From NCBI RefSeq assembly GCF_009914755.1, contig NC_060932.1: a DNA stretch of 64,000 bases; one strand, given 5' to 3'. The notes under the pieces are model-generated. The model did no database searches. It had not been told where the DNA came from and saw nothing but the letters and a program-made list of their open reading frames with translations. Of the stretch, positions 33,796-48,617 are shown one piece after another. This stretch comes from the human T2T-CHM13v2.0 reference genome, Homo sapiens. Every line of letters begins with the position of its first letter. Within the stretch, counting starts at the first letter, position 1. The position numbers were made by a program, and so were the translations under genes.

Positions 33796-35781
33796 GACTG
33801 CAGGTCATGTTTGTAACTTCATCACCCACATCTCACACAAAGTAACCATGCCCCGCATCCTACTCAAAAAATTGCCAGCTGTTCTGTCAGGTCAGAAAAA
33901 TCCAGTTGTGTGCTTCGGCCTGTCGCTCCTGTCCCTGTTCATACTTCTCTCCTGGCATAGCCCTCACCCCAAGTCCTGTCTTCCATCCTTGGACATGATT
34001 ACAGTTTCCGCTGAATAATGTGTCCTGTCCAGCAAAGTTTTTTTCTAATGTGGTGGTGTCATGAGTCTCATTTTATAAGGCCTTTTTTCTTTACCTCATG
34101 TTAATCAGGTCCAGATATAATGTTATTGCTCTTTTTTTTCTAAGAAAATATATTGCTTCCTTTCTATGTAAACAGCACATGTGCTTAGAATTATTCGGTG
34201 ATCAATACTAATTAGGTATTCTGCTCAGTAGATGTTTAATGTTTTAATTCTAGGCTTTCATCTATTCACTTTGAGTTGATTGACCTAAACTCTATATTGA
34301 TTAAATTGTCTTCTTTTTGTTTGACCTCCTCAGTAAGGGGGAAAATCATTCAGCTGTATTCTTTCAAATTTCAGTTCTAAAAATCAGTCTGTAGGTATAA
34401 AAAGAAAAAACAAGGCATACAATAATATTACTGCAAAATGCTGCTTATGAATTCAATTAGAAGGAAACTTTGCTGAAATAAAAACTGAAATCCCTTGAAA
34501 AATTTTTAGTCTCTCTCTCTCTCTCCCCCTCCCCAATCTCTTCATTCCTATTTTCTAATAAATCTTATTTAGACTGGAGACCCTACTGGGAAATTTCACT
34601 TTTAGTTTTGGGAAATGTCAGTTACTAGTGATGGGAATATCAGAATATTTAAGCAAAGAAAAAAAGAATCTCTCCTCTCCCACATGTGTTAAAAATAGTC
34701 ACAGGGTATTTTTCCCTCTAAATTCTGAAAAAGGGGGGAAAAAGCACTTTTTGGACTAACGTTAATGAGGGAGTATTTTCCTAAAGGGAAAACCTTTTTA
34801 GAAAATTAGAAGAAACAAAAAGATTTAAAACTGCAATCAGTTCTAGCAGAAGGAGGGGTGGGCCAGAAGGCATCTGTCTGTCCGCTTCTTCCCTGGCTCC
34901 CTCTCTCTGGACAGGCGCACAGGGCCATCAGGGAGAATGGCTCCGGCTGCAGGCAAACACCCCCTTTTCCCCCTTCAGATCTGCAGGAAGACAGCAGAGT
35001 AACTCCCTGCTCTCTAAAACTTCCTGGGGGCTTGGCCTGCTTACCCCGCCCCCAGTCAAGTCAACTGAAATTCAAGCTTGCTCCTGAGCCACAACCTGAA
35101 AAAAACCTTCCTTTTAGTGCTCCGCCTAAAAACATTGGCAGTACCAATACTGATTCTCACCTCGTCTCCCTATCGTGCCCTCATCCTGAACCCAGCCACG
35201 ATTAGCTCCTGGCCTTGGTGACTCTGCACAGGGAAAAGCTAATGTTTAGGCCACCTCTGTTCCAAATGTTCCCATTTTGTTTCTTTCATGCTCCCTTTCC
35301 TCAATCACCCACTGCTGTGTTGTTCCCTTCGCCCAGTCCAGGAAAGGGCCACAGGACTGACTGAGACAGAAGAAAAGATGCAAAGGCAAAAGATTTTAAA
35401 GGTGGATATATTCTCATTATTCACTTACAGAGGCCAAATTCAGCAGATGACTCTGAACCCTCACTTGACTGATGTGCAGACAAACATCAAATGATGCTTA
35501 GCCTATTCCTCCTAATTTGTAGTTGCCTAAGAATTTAAGGTTATGGTCAGACCTTTGATAGAAAATAAAGAAACAAGTCAACGTTATCCAACAGGATACA
35601 ACCAAATTCTAAAAAGATGGTTTATGAATGAATTCAGAATATGTCTTTTAAATATTGTTACAGTTCTAAATAATCATGTGAAGCTACATTAAAAATTTGT
35701 GCAAAGAATCAGTAATAGTATTAATGCAGGGGGAAGGCAGTATCCCATGTCTTTATTTAAAAACTTTTTTACTTACTGCTT

Positions 35782-36004
35782 CTTTTTTTTTTTTTTTTTT
35801 TTTTTTTAAGACAAAGTCTCACTCTGTCGCCCAGGCTGGAGTGCAGTGGCATCATCTTGGCTCATTGCAATCTCCGCCTCCTGGGTTCAAGCGACTCTTG
35901 TGCCTCAGCCTCCCAGCTGGGATTACAGTCGCCCACCACCATGCCTGGCTAATTTTTTGTATTTTTAGTAGAGACGGGGTTTCACCATGTTGGCCAGGCT
36001 GGTC
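35782..36004 (-). mobile_element. Alu (5'-truncated)
   Basis: Ends at ccaggctggtct; TSD-like tact(t)gctt. Confidence 0.88.
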
Positions 36005-36369
36005 TACTTGCTTAATTTCTTAAAACAAATGTACTCTTATCTCTGCCATTTTGCTATATCAAAGTCAATATAATGATTATCTTTCAAAGTCTTTTTATAA
36101 TATTGCTATTGCACAGTTTTCGACTCCTTGAATGAAAAAGGCTTGGATGATAACTGCTGAGGAACACTTAAAAATAATGATTCTTGAATTTACATGTCTG
36201 TCTTCTGCCAGAAAAATTGGACAAAAGTGAGAAATTCAATTAATCCATAAGTATTTTTTTTTTGCCCACAGTTATAGTCCATATTATCCTAGATGAGATT
36301 TGAGGGAGGTTCTGCTCTTGTGGAATGTGTAGTCAGGGAACAAACTAACTGCTCAGAGATGGTAGGTTT

Positions 36370-36570
36370 GGGGTCTTCAACCCAACCCTGTTGACTACTA
36401 TTGGGCAAATCTGGGCAGGTTTTATGCCCTTTCGAAACTTCAGTTTCCTCATCTATCAAATGGAATAATAATAGTACCTGTCTTCTAAGTTTAAGAGAAT
36501 TCAGTAAAATGCAAATGTCTATAAATTGCTTAGAATAGTGCCTGGAATTCAGCGAACCCTCACAAAATGC
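36370..36570 (+). mobile_element. MIR
   Basis: cttcagtttcctcatctatcaaatggaataataatagtacct core. Confidence 0.7.
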
Positions 36571-37619
36571 TACATATCAACTAGTTGGGAATCTAATTCT
36601 AGAAGTCATGCATGTTATGTCAAAATAAGTGAACATTTAGAGTTTTATAGATAAACTTACAGTTTACAGAAGTTTGCTTACATTTTTCATCCTTTCTTTT
36701 TGGTCAGCGACAGAGTTGAAACCAGATGGGATATCACACAATTACAAACCCACGAGTTTTCCTGTTACTTTAAGGTAGGTGCCTAATTTGGGAGTATGTG
36801 GGTAGAAGAAACCAAAAAATGTTCCTTTGGATAATACCTGAAAACAGGGGTTACCGATTTGGATTTTCAGAACAAACAGCAAAACAAAAGCTCAGGCTCT
36901 ATCCACAGAAACAGTGTTTTTTAGGGCTTCCGAGGATTCTTTGACCTTTGCTTTAGGAAACATGGACAACCTTACATTTGATTGGTGAATTTTCTGCTGG
37001 TGTTTTTTTTTTTTTTTTTTTTTTCCAAACCACGTTCCCTGCCTGAAAGCTAAACCTATTTATGGTGAGCGCTGTTTTTTCAATTAGGTTTATTTTCATT
37101 TTCCCATAGGCCATGTTAGCTGAGAACTTCCAAAAGTTTATTTTTTTTCTCTTTGCTTTTTATAATGGTTTTTAAAATAAAATATACAGCACTTATCTAT
37201 AGATTTTCTCTGGAAATACTCATGTCTGAAATAAGCTTTTTTTCCACACCTTTAACACCACGTCATAAGAGCTATTCAAAAATGCCTTTCTGAATGTAAT
37301 TGTTGTCCATTTCTGTGGCAAACTCTATGAGAGCAAGGATCGCGTCCGGTTCGCCAGCTTTGTGAAATATCTTGTGCAAGCTGACGCTTAGCAAACAGTA
37401 CTTAAGAATGATGATCTGTTTGTGACTCGGCTTCTCCCAAAAATTTTCAGCTGGTTATCAGAAAACATTGTTTAAAATTCCAAGCTTAGCATTAGTAATA
37501 TGTTTTCTCCACGAGGTCCCTGATTTGGGGTGAGGGGTGGACTGAAAATGAAAACCCACATCACCTTTCTAATAGTTGTGTAACGGAAAATATTCTCTGG
37601 TGAAAACACTCCAGGCGAA

Positions 37620-38760
37620 AGCAAGCCTTAGCTCGGAATTCCCTCCGCGGCCGGCGCCTCCCCTCCGGGGGCCTGGCTCGCAGCCCGTGGGGACGAGGGC
37701 CTGCACGTCCCCGGGGGACTGAGGGCTGCTCTGGGTGAGGATGGGAAGGCGGGTGCCGCTTCCGAGGGCTCCTCTCGCCAAGGGAGAGAGCCCTAGACCC
37801 GTTCCCGGGGCGCTGCTCTTCCCGGGCTGGGGTGGGCTGCAGCGGCGGCAGGACCTCGCCCCCTCCCGGCCGCCCGCACCCCCGCGCCTCCTCCTAGGGC
37901 CCGGTGTCCCACGGGCCTGCCGCGGTCCCCGCCCTCTCCGGCTCCCGCGACTCCCTCCCCCAGGCAGCTGGGGCAGGAATTCGGCTGGAGAATCTGGCCC
38001 GGGCACCCGGCCCTGGAGGGCTGGACTGGTTCGCCCGGGGCCGCGCCCTCATCCCCGCTCCTACCCGGCTCCCCGTCCCGCGCTCCTCCCAGCTCTGGCT
38101 CCCCCACTCCTTCCCCTCTCCCGCCGGCGCTCCCCGCCTCTGCTCCTCCCGCTCCCCCTCCGGCGCTCCTTCTCCCTGCCCCCCATCCACGCCGCCGCCC
38201 CCGGTCTTTCTTCCTGCCCCAGCTCCTCCCCTGCGCCCCTTCTCCCTGCTCCCCTCCTCCTCGCCCTTCCTCCCCTGTTCTCCTTCTCCTCTGCTCCCCT
38301 CCTCCCCTCTTCCCCTCCTCCCCCGCTCCTCTTCCCGGTTTGCGGAGCTCCCACGCTGTTGCTATGGAGGCGCCCGCGGCTGTTCGCGGCCAGGCGGGAG
38401 CTGCCCTGGGGCCCCGGGGACGAAGTAGGGACTCTGCCCAAGGCTCGGGCGCCTCGCCCCACTGGGGCCCAGGAACAAAGCGCGCCCTCCCCCACCCCGG
38501 GAGTGCGCTGTGAGACCCTCAGGCGTCCCGGGCCCCGAGGCTTAAGACCACCGCGAATCTGCTCGCCCCCAACCTCTGTGGGCAGGACCCCTGGGGCCGG
38601 GGTGACAGCTGCGCTCTACCGCGCTACCTTCCTGGCCCCCCGAAGATCACTCCCGCTCGCCCCATCCCGGAGGTGTCACTGGGGCCGGGGGACGGCCAGA
38701 TGGCCCCATTTAACAGGACTATCCGTTTTGTTGGGGGCCGAAGCAGCGTCCAGGCCAATT
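37620..38760. promoter_or_regulatory. CpG island (orphan promoter-like)
   Basis: About 1.1 kb of very GC-rich, CpG-dense, repeat-free sequence in CpG-depleted surroundings. Contains GC-box-like motifs, kB-like GGAATTCCC (37635-37643) and X-box-like GTTGCTATGGAG (38358-38369). Confidence 0.88.
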
Positions 38761-39974
38761 TACATAGAAAAATGGGGTTTGTGTCCCCAATTCAGTGCAG
38801 TGCCCCGACAGCTGGTGGCTCTGTCATCATGTCAGGACCCCACAGCATGATGTTTAAAGTGGCTTTATCTGTGCAGATGTGTGAGTGTGAATAGCAATTG
38901 ATTGGGAACCAGTAGCTACTAGGTCTGGCTTGAAGATATTAAGCGTTCACAGAGGAAATTTTATCAGCCCGGTCACCGAATAAGAGCCTAGACGGGAAAA
39001 GGCCTGCTGAAGACTTCTGATGCTCTCCTGCAGACCTTTTAGCTTATCATTTTATTCAGAAGTCTAAAAAGCCAAATTGTTTGGGTCTGAGGAGGGCTTT
39101 GAAATCCTTAACTATTTACAGCTTGGTCGTTGCTTGTAAAAGTTGTGAGGCTGAACATAAAAACGGTTTAAGGAGGACTGCTAAGACTTAAAAAAAATGA
39201 TGAAAGATCTAATCTAATTCATTTTATTGAACTACTTTGACTCAGTTGGTTTGTGTCCAGAACGATAGCCTGTAATAGGCTGAAAGTTATCATTTGTTTA
39301 GTTTGGAATCAGTAGCTTAAACATGTGTACTTAAATTGCAGCATGTTAGAACAGGGAGTAACTTTCTTATTTTATTAGTGAAGAATTTGAGGCTCAGAGA
39401 AGTTAAGTGATTTTCCCAAGATCACACAACTCTGTGAAATATGATCTAAATTGTTCAAATCCATACAGGACAAAGGAAGAGGACATTTGAAAAGACAGTA
39501 GTTTTAGAAGCCCTTGAAAATACCTCCATCAAGAAGCTCTGGATCTGCAAGGGGTGGGGGCTTTTGCATTAAAAAAAAAAGAAAAGAAAAGAAAAGCAGC
39601 AGCTACTCTTGCACCTTTCCCCCAGTACGCTGGAGCCACCAACAGGTAACTGCCTAGAAGACAAGGGATCCAGAGGAATTTTTTTCCTGCACCTTTATAC
39701 ATTCATCATCTTTGACTGAGACTGTATTGGAAACAATTCTAGCCACTAAAATTTTCTGGAACTGTGCTCTGGGACTAGTGACTTTGTTTCCACAGAAGCT
39801 ATCATTTTGTAACAAAGATGGAAAGTATAATATATGTTTAGGATTTGTAGGAAATGGGAAATTGAAGCTGGGCTGGGACCTTCTTAGTCCCCATTTTTAG
39901 GTAGGAGGATATAAGGACTATTATGGAACCTGCATTCACATTACCAGAGGGTAGAGTAGTTAATTTGGAAAGGC

Positions 39975-40135
39975 TTTTTTTGTTTGTTTTTAGACAGGGT
40001 CTCACTCTGTCACCCAGGCTGGAGTGCAATGGTACGATCATAACTCCTTACAGCCTTGAATTCCTGGGCTCAAGTGATCCTCATGCCTCAGCCTCCCGAG
40101 TAGCTGGGACTACAGGTTCTCACCACCACACTGGC
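39975..40135 (-). mobile_element. AluJ right arm/FRAM
   Basis: Monomer. Confidence 0.82.
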
Positions 40136-40193
40136 TTACTTGGGAAGGGATTGGAGCTCCCCAGAACAACAGCATTACCTACCTTTATAATAA

Positions 40194-40536
<343 letters not shown>

Positions 40537-41099
40537 GAAAGATGGTCTCTTTACATCAAGAAGTGTATTGGAATAACTCTATTGTCCAAATTTCCGCATA
40601 GACTTCTATTGGCTAAACCCCCTGCCTTTAACCTTAAGTGAGTTTATAATGATTTAGGAAAGAATGCCTCTGGGGAAAGTTTTAATTGAGCTGTAGTGAA
40701 CCATAGAATGCCACATTAAGAAGAGAATATTTGAGTTTGCACACTGCACTTCAAACATGACAAAGAACAGGGATGTGTAACTGGATTGGAACTGGAGAAG
40801 GGTGTTCATTTCTGCTCTGCTTCTCACACCAGAACACATTAGCAATTTTTTCTTTTGGCTCATATTTGTTTGGGTCCTGGATGAGAGTACCAAATACATA
40901 ATGGAGGCACCAGGTAATGAACATAAGAACCTCTCAATCATTGGAAAGAGAGGTATCTTTAGGGTCATTAATAAAGTGTTATATTTTAAAAATAACTGTA
41001 TACAAGGAAGGTATTTGAAATTGACCCCAGCATCACCACTACCACACAGTACCCTCTATCCCCTTTACTGTTTTCTTTTTTTTTTTTTTTTAAAGCACT

Positions 41100-41612
41100 T
41101 GTATTGGTTAACTACCAAGGTATAACAAACAGCCCCCAAACTCAGCCTCACACAATGACCATTTATTATTTTAGCTCGTGCATCTGGGGTCCACTGGAGG
41201 TCAGCAGATCTAGGCTGGGCACATTGGGTGGCTCTGCTTATGTTGGCTGGGCTCATATGTGCATCTGAGAGTCTCCTGGGGCTCTGAGTGGGACTGAGGA
41301 AGCTTTGCTGAAGCAGGTCTGCTCTGTATCTCTTATCTCGTTGGACCAGCAGACCAGCCTGGGCATGTTCTCATGGCAATGGCAAAACAGCAAGAAAGGC
41401 CTTGGAGTCATGAAAGCCTCTTGTTTCTCTAGAATAAATAGCCAGGAACAGGCATGCTGTCATTTCTACCTCATTCTGTTGGTCAAAGCAGGTCATATGG
41501 CCAACCTCAAAGTCAAGGGAAAGGGGAAAAAGCCCCACTCACTGCAGAAAACATGACAAAGGGAACGGAGAGAGGGAGAATGAAGAGTTAGGGCCATTAA
41601 TGCCATCAACCA
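41100..41612. mobile_element. MLT1-family MaLR LTR
   Basis: cattctgttggtcaaagcaggtcatatggccaacctcaaagtcaaggg motifs. Confidence 0.72.
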
Positions 41613-41884
41613 CAGCACTTGCCACCATCTAACTTACATATTTTGCTTGTGTTTGGTCTCTTGCTGCTAGAATGTAAACTCCCTATTGGTATGGACTTTT
41701 GAGGATATATTGCTATATTCCCAACACCCAGAACAGTAGCACATTATAGATATTTAATAAATATGGAATGAATCAATTAGGAGGATTACATTAATTATTT
41801 TGGCTTATGCAGGAAACCAACACTGCTTAAGATAGAATGTAAGTTTATGTTAGTTTATCCTAAAGTGATCGTATAAATCTTTTA

Positions 41885-42209
<325 letters not shown>

Positions 42210-44479
42210 TAAAGATTATTACCCATATTTGTAGAAAGTGCTGGCTATTTAGAATAAACATTTCTTAAACTTCAAACAAGTCTAGATTTCAAAATGGTTT
42301 AACACTTCCCTAGAACATATGAACAGGTACCATATAAAAGCAGATTGATTTTATGGGCAGAAAATTAGAAGTAGGGAGAGGGGGAACTTTATACATATTT
42401 TGGCAGAAAATATATTGCTTCTTCCTATATGGAAATAATACTAATATAATCTCAAGCTTTCAGAATTTGAATCTGAAACATTCTCAAGACTTTTGGATTT
42501 AAGCTATTTCAACAGGTGTGGGATACAGGATATAACTCACCCAAATCACTTTTTTTAGGCTTTTTGGATCCACAGAAATTCATTTATTTCTGTCCTTTCT
42601 CTGTCCCATTTTACCTAATCCAGAAGACAGCCGAAAGGGGTTTTCTTCAGGTCATGCTTTCAAAGGGGATTCCTATGCAATGTATGTTTTTTTTTAAATT
42701 TCCTTGGAATTTGAATTTGTGATGCCATTTTTTGACTGTGACAGATGATGAGGTAGGAGATAAAGTAGGCGTTAATGCTCCGTTATGTAAAGGGGAGTTT
42801 TGTATATGTCTGTACTTAGCAACAGGCTAATTTGGGACTCCTACGAGACACCCAAGTCTTGAACACTGGAGTATCTGAAGTTTCAGCATGCCAAGTGACT
42901 AACTCCTCAGATAGGCATCTTTTACACCTGAAAGCAGGGTTCCGGGTGGATATTTTATTTTGGATAAAAGGGGAACCTGGAAAGTTAGGGGCCCAGACAC
43001 ATTCTGAATTCTAGTTCTTTCTCTCTCTTCAGACTACTGAATAGAATCCCTACAAACAATGAGTATTGCAAGTTATACATTTAAAAGCTTATAAACATTT
43101 CTCAGAAAGGTTTCATTTACCAATTTACATGAATGTACTTGCCCTATTGTTATTAAGACCCCCAAAAGGGTTTAACTAGCTTCTTTTAACTTTAGCCCTT
43201 TGGGCTGGGAGTTTGGAGAGGGTCTTGGGTTCATTCATTCAGCAATCATTCATTGAGGGCCTACTGGATGCATCGAGTGCAATTAGACAGAGCCCTTGGC
43301 CCTAAGACACTCACAAGTGCCTTAAGATTTACAAGTCAAGGGGCAATTTCAGCACAGGAGGATAAGGGCTAGATTGGAAAAAGGATGCTGTGAGGGTTCA
43401 GAGGGAGAGGTGCCTAGGGACATCATGGGAGGCAAGGGAAGTAAACTAACATTGGTCGTTGTTTGATGCCTTCTGATTTGCAGAAGTCCTTTTACATTCT
43501 TACTCTCCTCTCATCCTGACACTAGCCCTCCCTGCAGGCCAGGGCAAGGTATCCTTCCTATGACCCTAATATTCCTGTGTCAGGCTGAAGGGTATACAAC
43601 CTCAACATTGTACACTTTGTAAGGGATTTAACCTGCATTCACACCTGGGTCTGCTGGCACAAAGGAGCCTGGTGGATCTTGGGCAGAACAGCTCCTGGGC
43701 TCCGGAGCTGGTGTCAAGGAGACACCTACCTGCAGTATCAGGATGAAGGTAGGTGGAGCCAGACAGGAGATGCTTGAGGCCTGGGAAGAAAAAGCCAGTC
43801 AGGACAGAGGTTTAGGATTGGCTGCAAAATGTGTTCTCTGAACAACAAACAAGCAACACTACAGGGAGACCAAAGGAGAAAGAAAAGAAGAAAGACAATA
43901 GGGCCCATTGAAGAACAAAATATGTCAGTAAGGTCAATATGCCAGTAAGGCCAAACTGAAAAGTACGGGGAATGGCAAACAGGAGCAAATTATTCATCAC
44001 CCTAATTCTCATTCGCAAATGGAGATATCTTTCTAACAGAGCAGGTGTGAGGATAAGAGGCAACAGAATTAAAGACTGTGTGGTAATGTCATCTCAGATG
44101 CTCAGGAACTGTGACAACTCCTAAATGTAGGTGTGACTGTTTCACTACACATAGTAGAAAGTAAAAAATACTTCTTCTTTTTTATTTTTCTGGATCAAAT
44201 TCCAAGGTATGTGTACTCTTTGGGTCTTGGAAATGAAATTTTGAATATGGCAGCATATCTCTTCTCAGTTATGTGTGGGTTCCCTAGTCCCACAAGGTTA
44301 TGTAAGGCCTACAAAGCAGGTACCTACAAAATTAGGATGACAGATTCAATTTCCAAAGTCAGTGATTTTACCATCTCCTAAGTATAGCAAGAGCTGCAGC
44401 TGAACTCAGACTCTGGTTCAGAGTTTGCTGTGTGCACTCCTCACGGGGGGTGAACGTCAATTGGAATGGGTGCCTTTGG

Positions 44480-45140
<661 letters not shown>

Positions 45141-45161
45141 TATTCCATATTCTAGGCCTGC

Positions 45162-45373
45162 TTTTTTTTTTTTTGGGAGGAGTGCACTGTTTCTGGAGGT
45201 ACTGCAACACGAGGTTGATGAGTCGGGTGGACAGAGCAAGCTCCTATTCCATCTCCCTGCTGCAGAAATCCACTTAGTATATTGTGCTCAGATAGAGGAC
45301 ATATCAGATATTAACTGATAAGAATAGATACTATACTTGATCTTAGCCAAAGGCCAAAAGGCCAAAAAGCAAT
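45162..45373 (-). pseudogene. RNU2-71P: U2 snRNA pseudogene (full-length retrocopy with poly(A) tail)
   Basis: Reverse complement reads attgctttttggccttttggc(ctttggc)taagatcaagtatagtatctattcttatcag...gcagtacctccagaaacagtgcac, i.e. U2. T-tract 45162-45174 is the tail. Branch-point recognition and Sm sites are mutated. The number is recalled from memory. Confidence 0.93.
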
Positions 45374-48300
45374 AAGCCTTTTTTTTTTCAACTTAAGGAG
45401 GAGAGAGTTTTTGTTAGTTTCTGTTGCTTCTTTTGTTGAGGAAATAGGAGGATAGAAGGGCCAAGAACAGTGGAAGGAGATAGCATGTGCCTGTTCTCCA
45501 TCTGGGCCCGCAGTCTAGTATGAAGTCCCAGTGGATAGCCAGCAGTGACAGCAGGAGCAGGCAAACATGGGTGGATTTGTTACAGGACATGCCTGAGACA
45601 TCACTCTGGAGACTCCCAGAAATGACCAAGGGAGATTTGGGAAGAGTGGCTAAGGTCCTGGTGTTACACTGGAGGTGCTAGGAGCTACTGTCATTTGGAA
45701 TTAATATTAATGTGACCTTATATGTATAGATAGGCTCGGGAGGCATGGGGACAGTGAGTCAGATAATAATTCAGCTGGTTTGGTTCATCAAGGCCTGGAG
45801 CATGTCTGCAAACCTGTGACAATATACGCCTATTGATCTTTCTGAGTGACTGTTGGCCTTACGCTCTGTCATTTGTCCATGTGGACTACTTTTATCTGGC
45901 AGTATGGATCAGTGTATATTTTCTTTAGCAGTTAAATTGAATGTATAAAGTATTAATTTTGTGAGGAAGAAAACCAAAATGTTTAATTAAAAAGCCGGTA
46001 TAACTTCTAGACTTCATCATGGGACCGATTTTCCTTTTTTTTTTAAATAAAATAGTTTTCTTTTTGGGAGAGAGGTGTGAAGTGTTTTGCTAAACTATAT
46101 TTACCTTGTCTATGAAATGACTTTAAGAAAGCCAACAAACTCTCCCAAGGTAGATTTTATAAGGGGTGAAGGATGTTGGAAAGGAAGAAATAATAGAAAA
46201 ACTGTTATGAAAGCAAAGATATCTGTGTGATTGCAAATGGTACAAAAAATAGAAACTTTTTTGTTATGATCAAACTGAAGTTGAATTGTGTGAGGCTTTC
46301 ATTTTAATACCCTACCACAAACCCACAAATTCAGCTGTGCTACCCAGGAAATGTTATTTACAGTTTACCCTCACCTTAGACTCTCTGACCCTTGAAGACG
46401 CCTTAGAGGATTGGCTGCCCCTTTCTCTCCCCTCTAGTTTATCATCTTTGCCTCTGTCTTTAGGCAGCAGCACAGAATTTCTTGGTGACACCTGCTTGTG
46501 ACCCCGGCTTTGAGAATCCTTAATTCTTCTCCATCTGCTTGGCTTGATAGCTAAGGCAACCCTGGACATCACAGTTTGTGCACAGTAGAACCATCCATTT
46601 GCCTCTTGAAAAATTGTGTAAAAATTGGGAACATTGTCAACATGCTAAATAGAATTTCTTCTTTGGATAGTCAATGGCAAATTACTTTTGTTACTATTAC
46701 ATTTCTTTCAAATATTATAACTTAAAAATGTATAAAACTCTTTCAAATGAAGTAACTCATTTTTTTACCCCAAAATGGTAAAGTCCAATTGAATATTATT
46801 ATTCCTCACTTTATTGACTAGGAAACAATCTTGCTCAAGTTTACTAATTGGTAACAGAAACGGAACTCATACTCGGAACGTCACACTTTTTGGCCATCTT
46901 CACCTTTCTTCATTTAAGGGTCATTGTTAAATAATTAAAGGATGGCATTTTTTCCTACAATATTTTAAAGCTTCAACACCGTTATTTTGCTTCTATTCAA
47001 AGGAGTAAAGAAAAATTTTTCCACTTTGAGGTAAAGTACAATGGAGTGCTCCTTATGCGTGAACTGCTACATCTCTCTGAGAAACAGCTCTCTTTCTCAC
47101 GTTGGCAAAGCAAGCCTGTGCCTCTCTGAACCACCTTACAAATTCACCCAAAGATCTAGCTGCTGAAAAGAGCATATGTACCAGCAGATAGCTGTGATCT
47201 GACAACTTAAGATACAAATATTAATCAAAAGAAAAGTAAATAAATAGTTGCCTGTATGTCACTTCATCCAAACCCTACCTTATTAGACCCAAAAATAACA
47301 GCAGTAAAATATTAGCAGCAACCATTTACTGAATGTTTAGTCTAGGGCCAAGCCAAGCAGGTCACTTAGCCCCATGTCCAGCCACTGTCATTTAATGCTC
47401 AGTATAAGCCCGCGACGTCAGTGCTATCCTGGCTTTATTTTACTGATGAGGCGCTGAGGCTTACAGAGCTTAGGTAACTTGTCCAGGTTTTATAGCAGGC
47501 AAGCAGCTGAGCGATATCTCCACTCACACCATTGACTTTATTCTTGTACAAGAGGAAATCTCATTTCATAAAAGAAAAGTTTCCCACAAATAAAATCAAA
47601 ATTCATCCAACCCGGAAATAAGCTGAAGAAGTTGAGGGGTCATCTAACAGAGTTCTGCTTTGCTCATTGGAAACTGACTTCAGTGGAGACTTATTAATCT
47701 TGTCAGTTTTCCTAGAAAATTAATTTGCTTTGCAGCAAAGCCTTAAGACTGTGTGTATTAAATGTTACAGCTAAGCTAGACCCTTCAGCTAGTCACAAAC
47801 TGTTCAGTTTAGAGGGGGAAAACAGTAAATTAAGAGAAAGCAATGGGAAACATTTTTCACTGAAAGAAAAGCGAGCCACATAATATATGATTTTTTCTAG
47901 CTACAGGGTCTTGACCCTTTGGGGATGTTGAAAGGAATAAATGGATTGATTGAGGAAAGGGAAAAACAGCTTGTGGCAGATTAGATGGTGTTATGATGCC
48001 TGCTCCTGACTTCTTCCTGCCAAAATGAGATTCATTAAAGAAAACTCTTAAGTAAATTAAAACTCTGCTCACCAATACCCTCCCCTCCAGATGTTAACAG
48101 CCAACTGTGGTTCGTTTGACGACATGGCTGTGGGTAATCAGTAGAAACATTTCTATTAAGAGGGATGATGAGAAGCACTGGGAAATATTTTATGTACTTT
48201 TAACCAAAAATGACCAAACAGCTGGCTGATTGATGACTTCTGGTATCAGGAACCCAAGACGCTTTCACTATGTGAGCAATTGCTCATGAGTTCAGTTTGG

Positions 48301-48563
48301 CCATTCCCGCACCAACAAGATGCTGTTATTCCCTGACTTATGCCTATGATGAAAAGGTGGCTTAGAGAGAAGCAGCAGGGAGGAAACTTTGGCTCAGAGA
48401 GTGTCAGGCTGCTTGGTGAATTGTGCCATTTCTGGACTTATCACCAGGGTAGCGTATGTTCTGGGATACAGCAACAGTTCTTCCTGTGGGTATTTCAGTT
48501 TACGGCAAAAACAGAACTGCCTTTGTCAAATTAGAATCAACTTCCTGTCCTGCTGCATGTGTA

Positions 48564-48615
<52 letters not shown>
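48564..48615. repeat. (TATC)13 tetranucleotide microsatellite
   Basis: Perfect array followed by degenerate units. Confidence 0.95.

Positions 48616-48617
<2 letters not shown>

Noticed and set aside
37569-38495. Several overlapping 98-174 aa ORFs on both strands in the CpG island
   Set aside because: Expected from stop-codon scarcity in very GC-rich, low-complexity DNA
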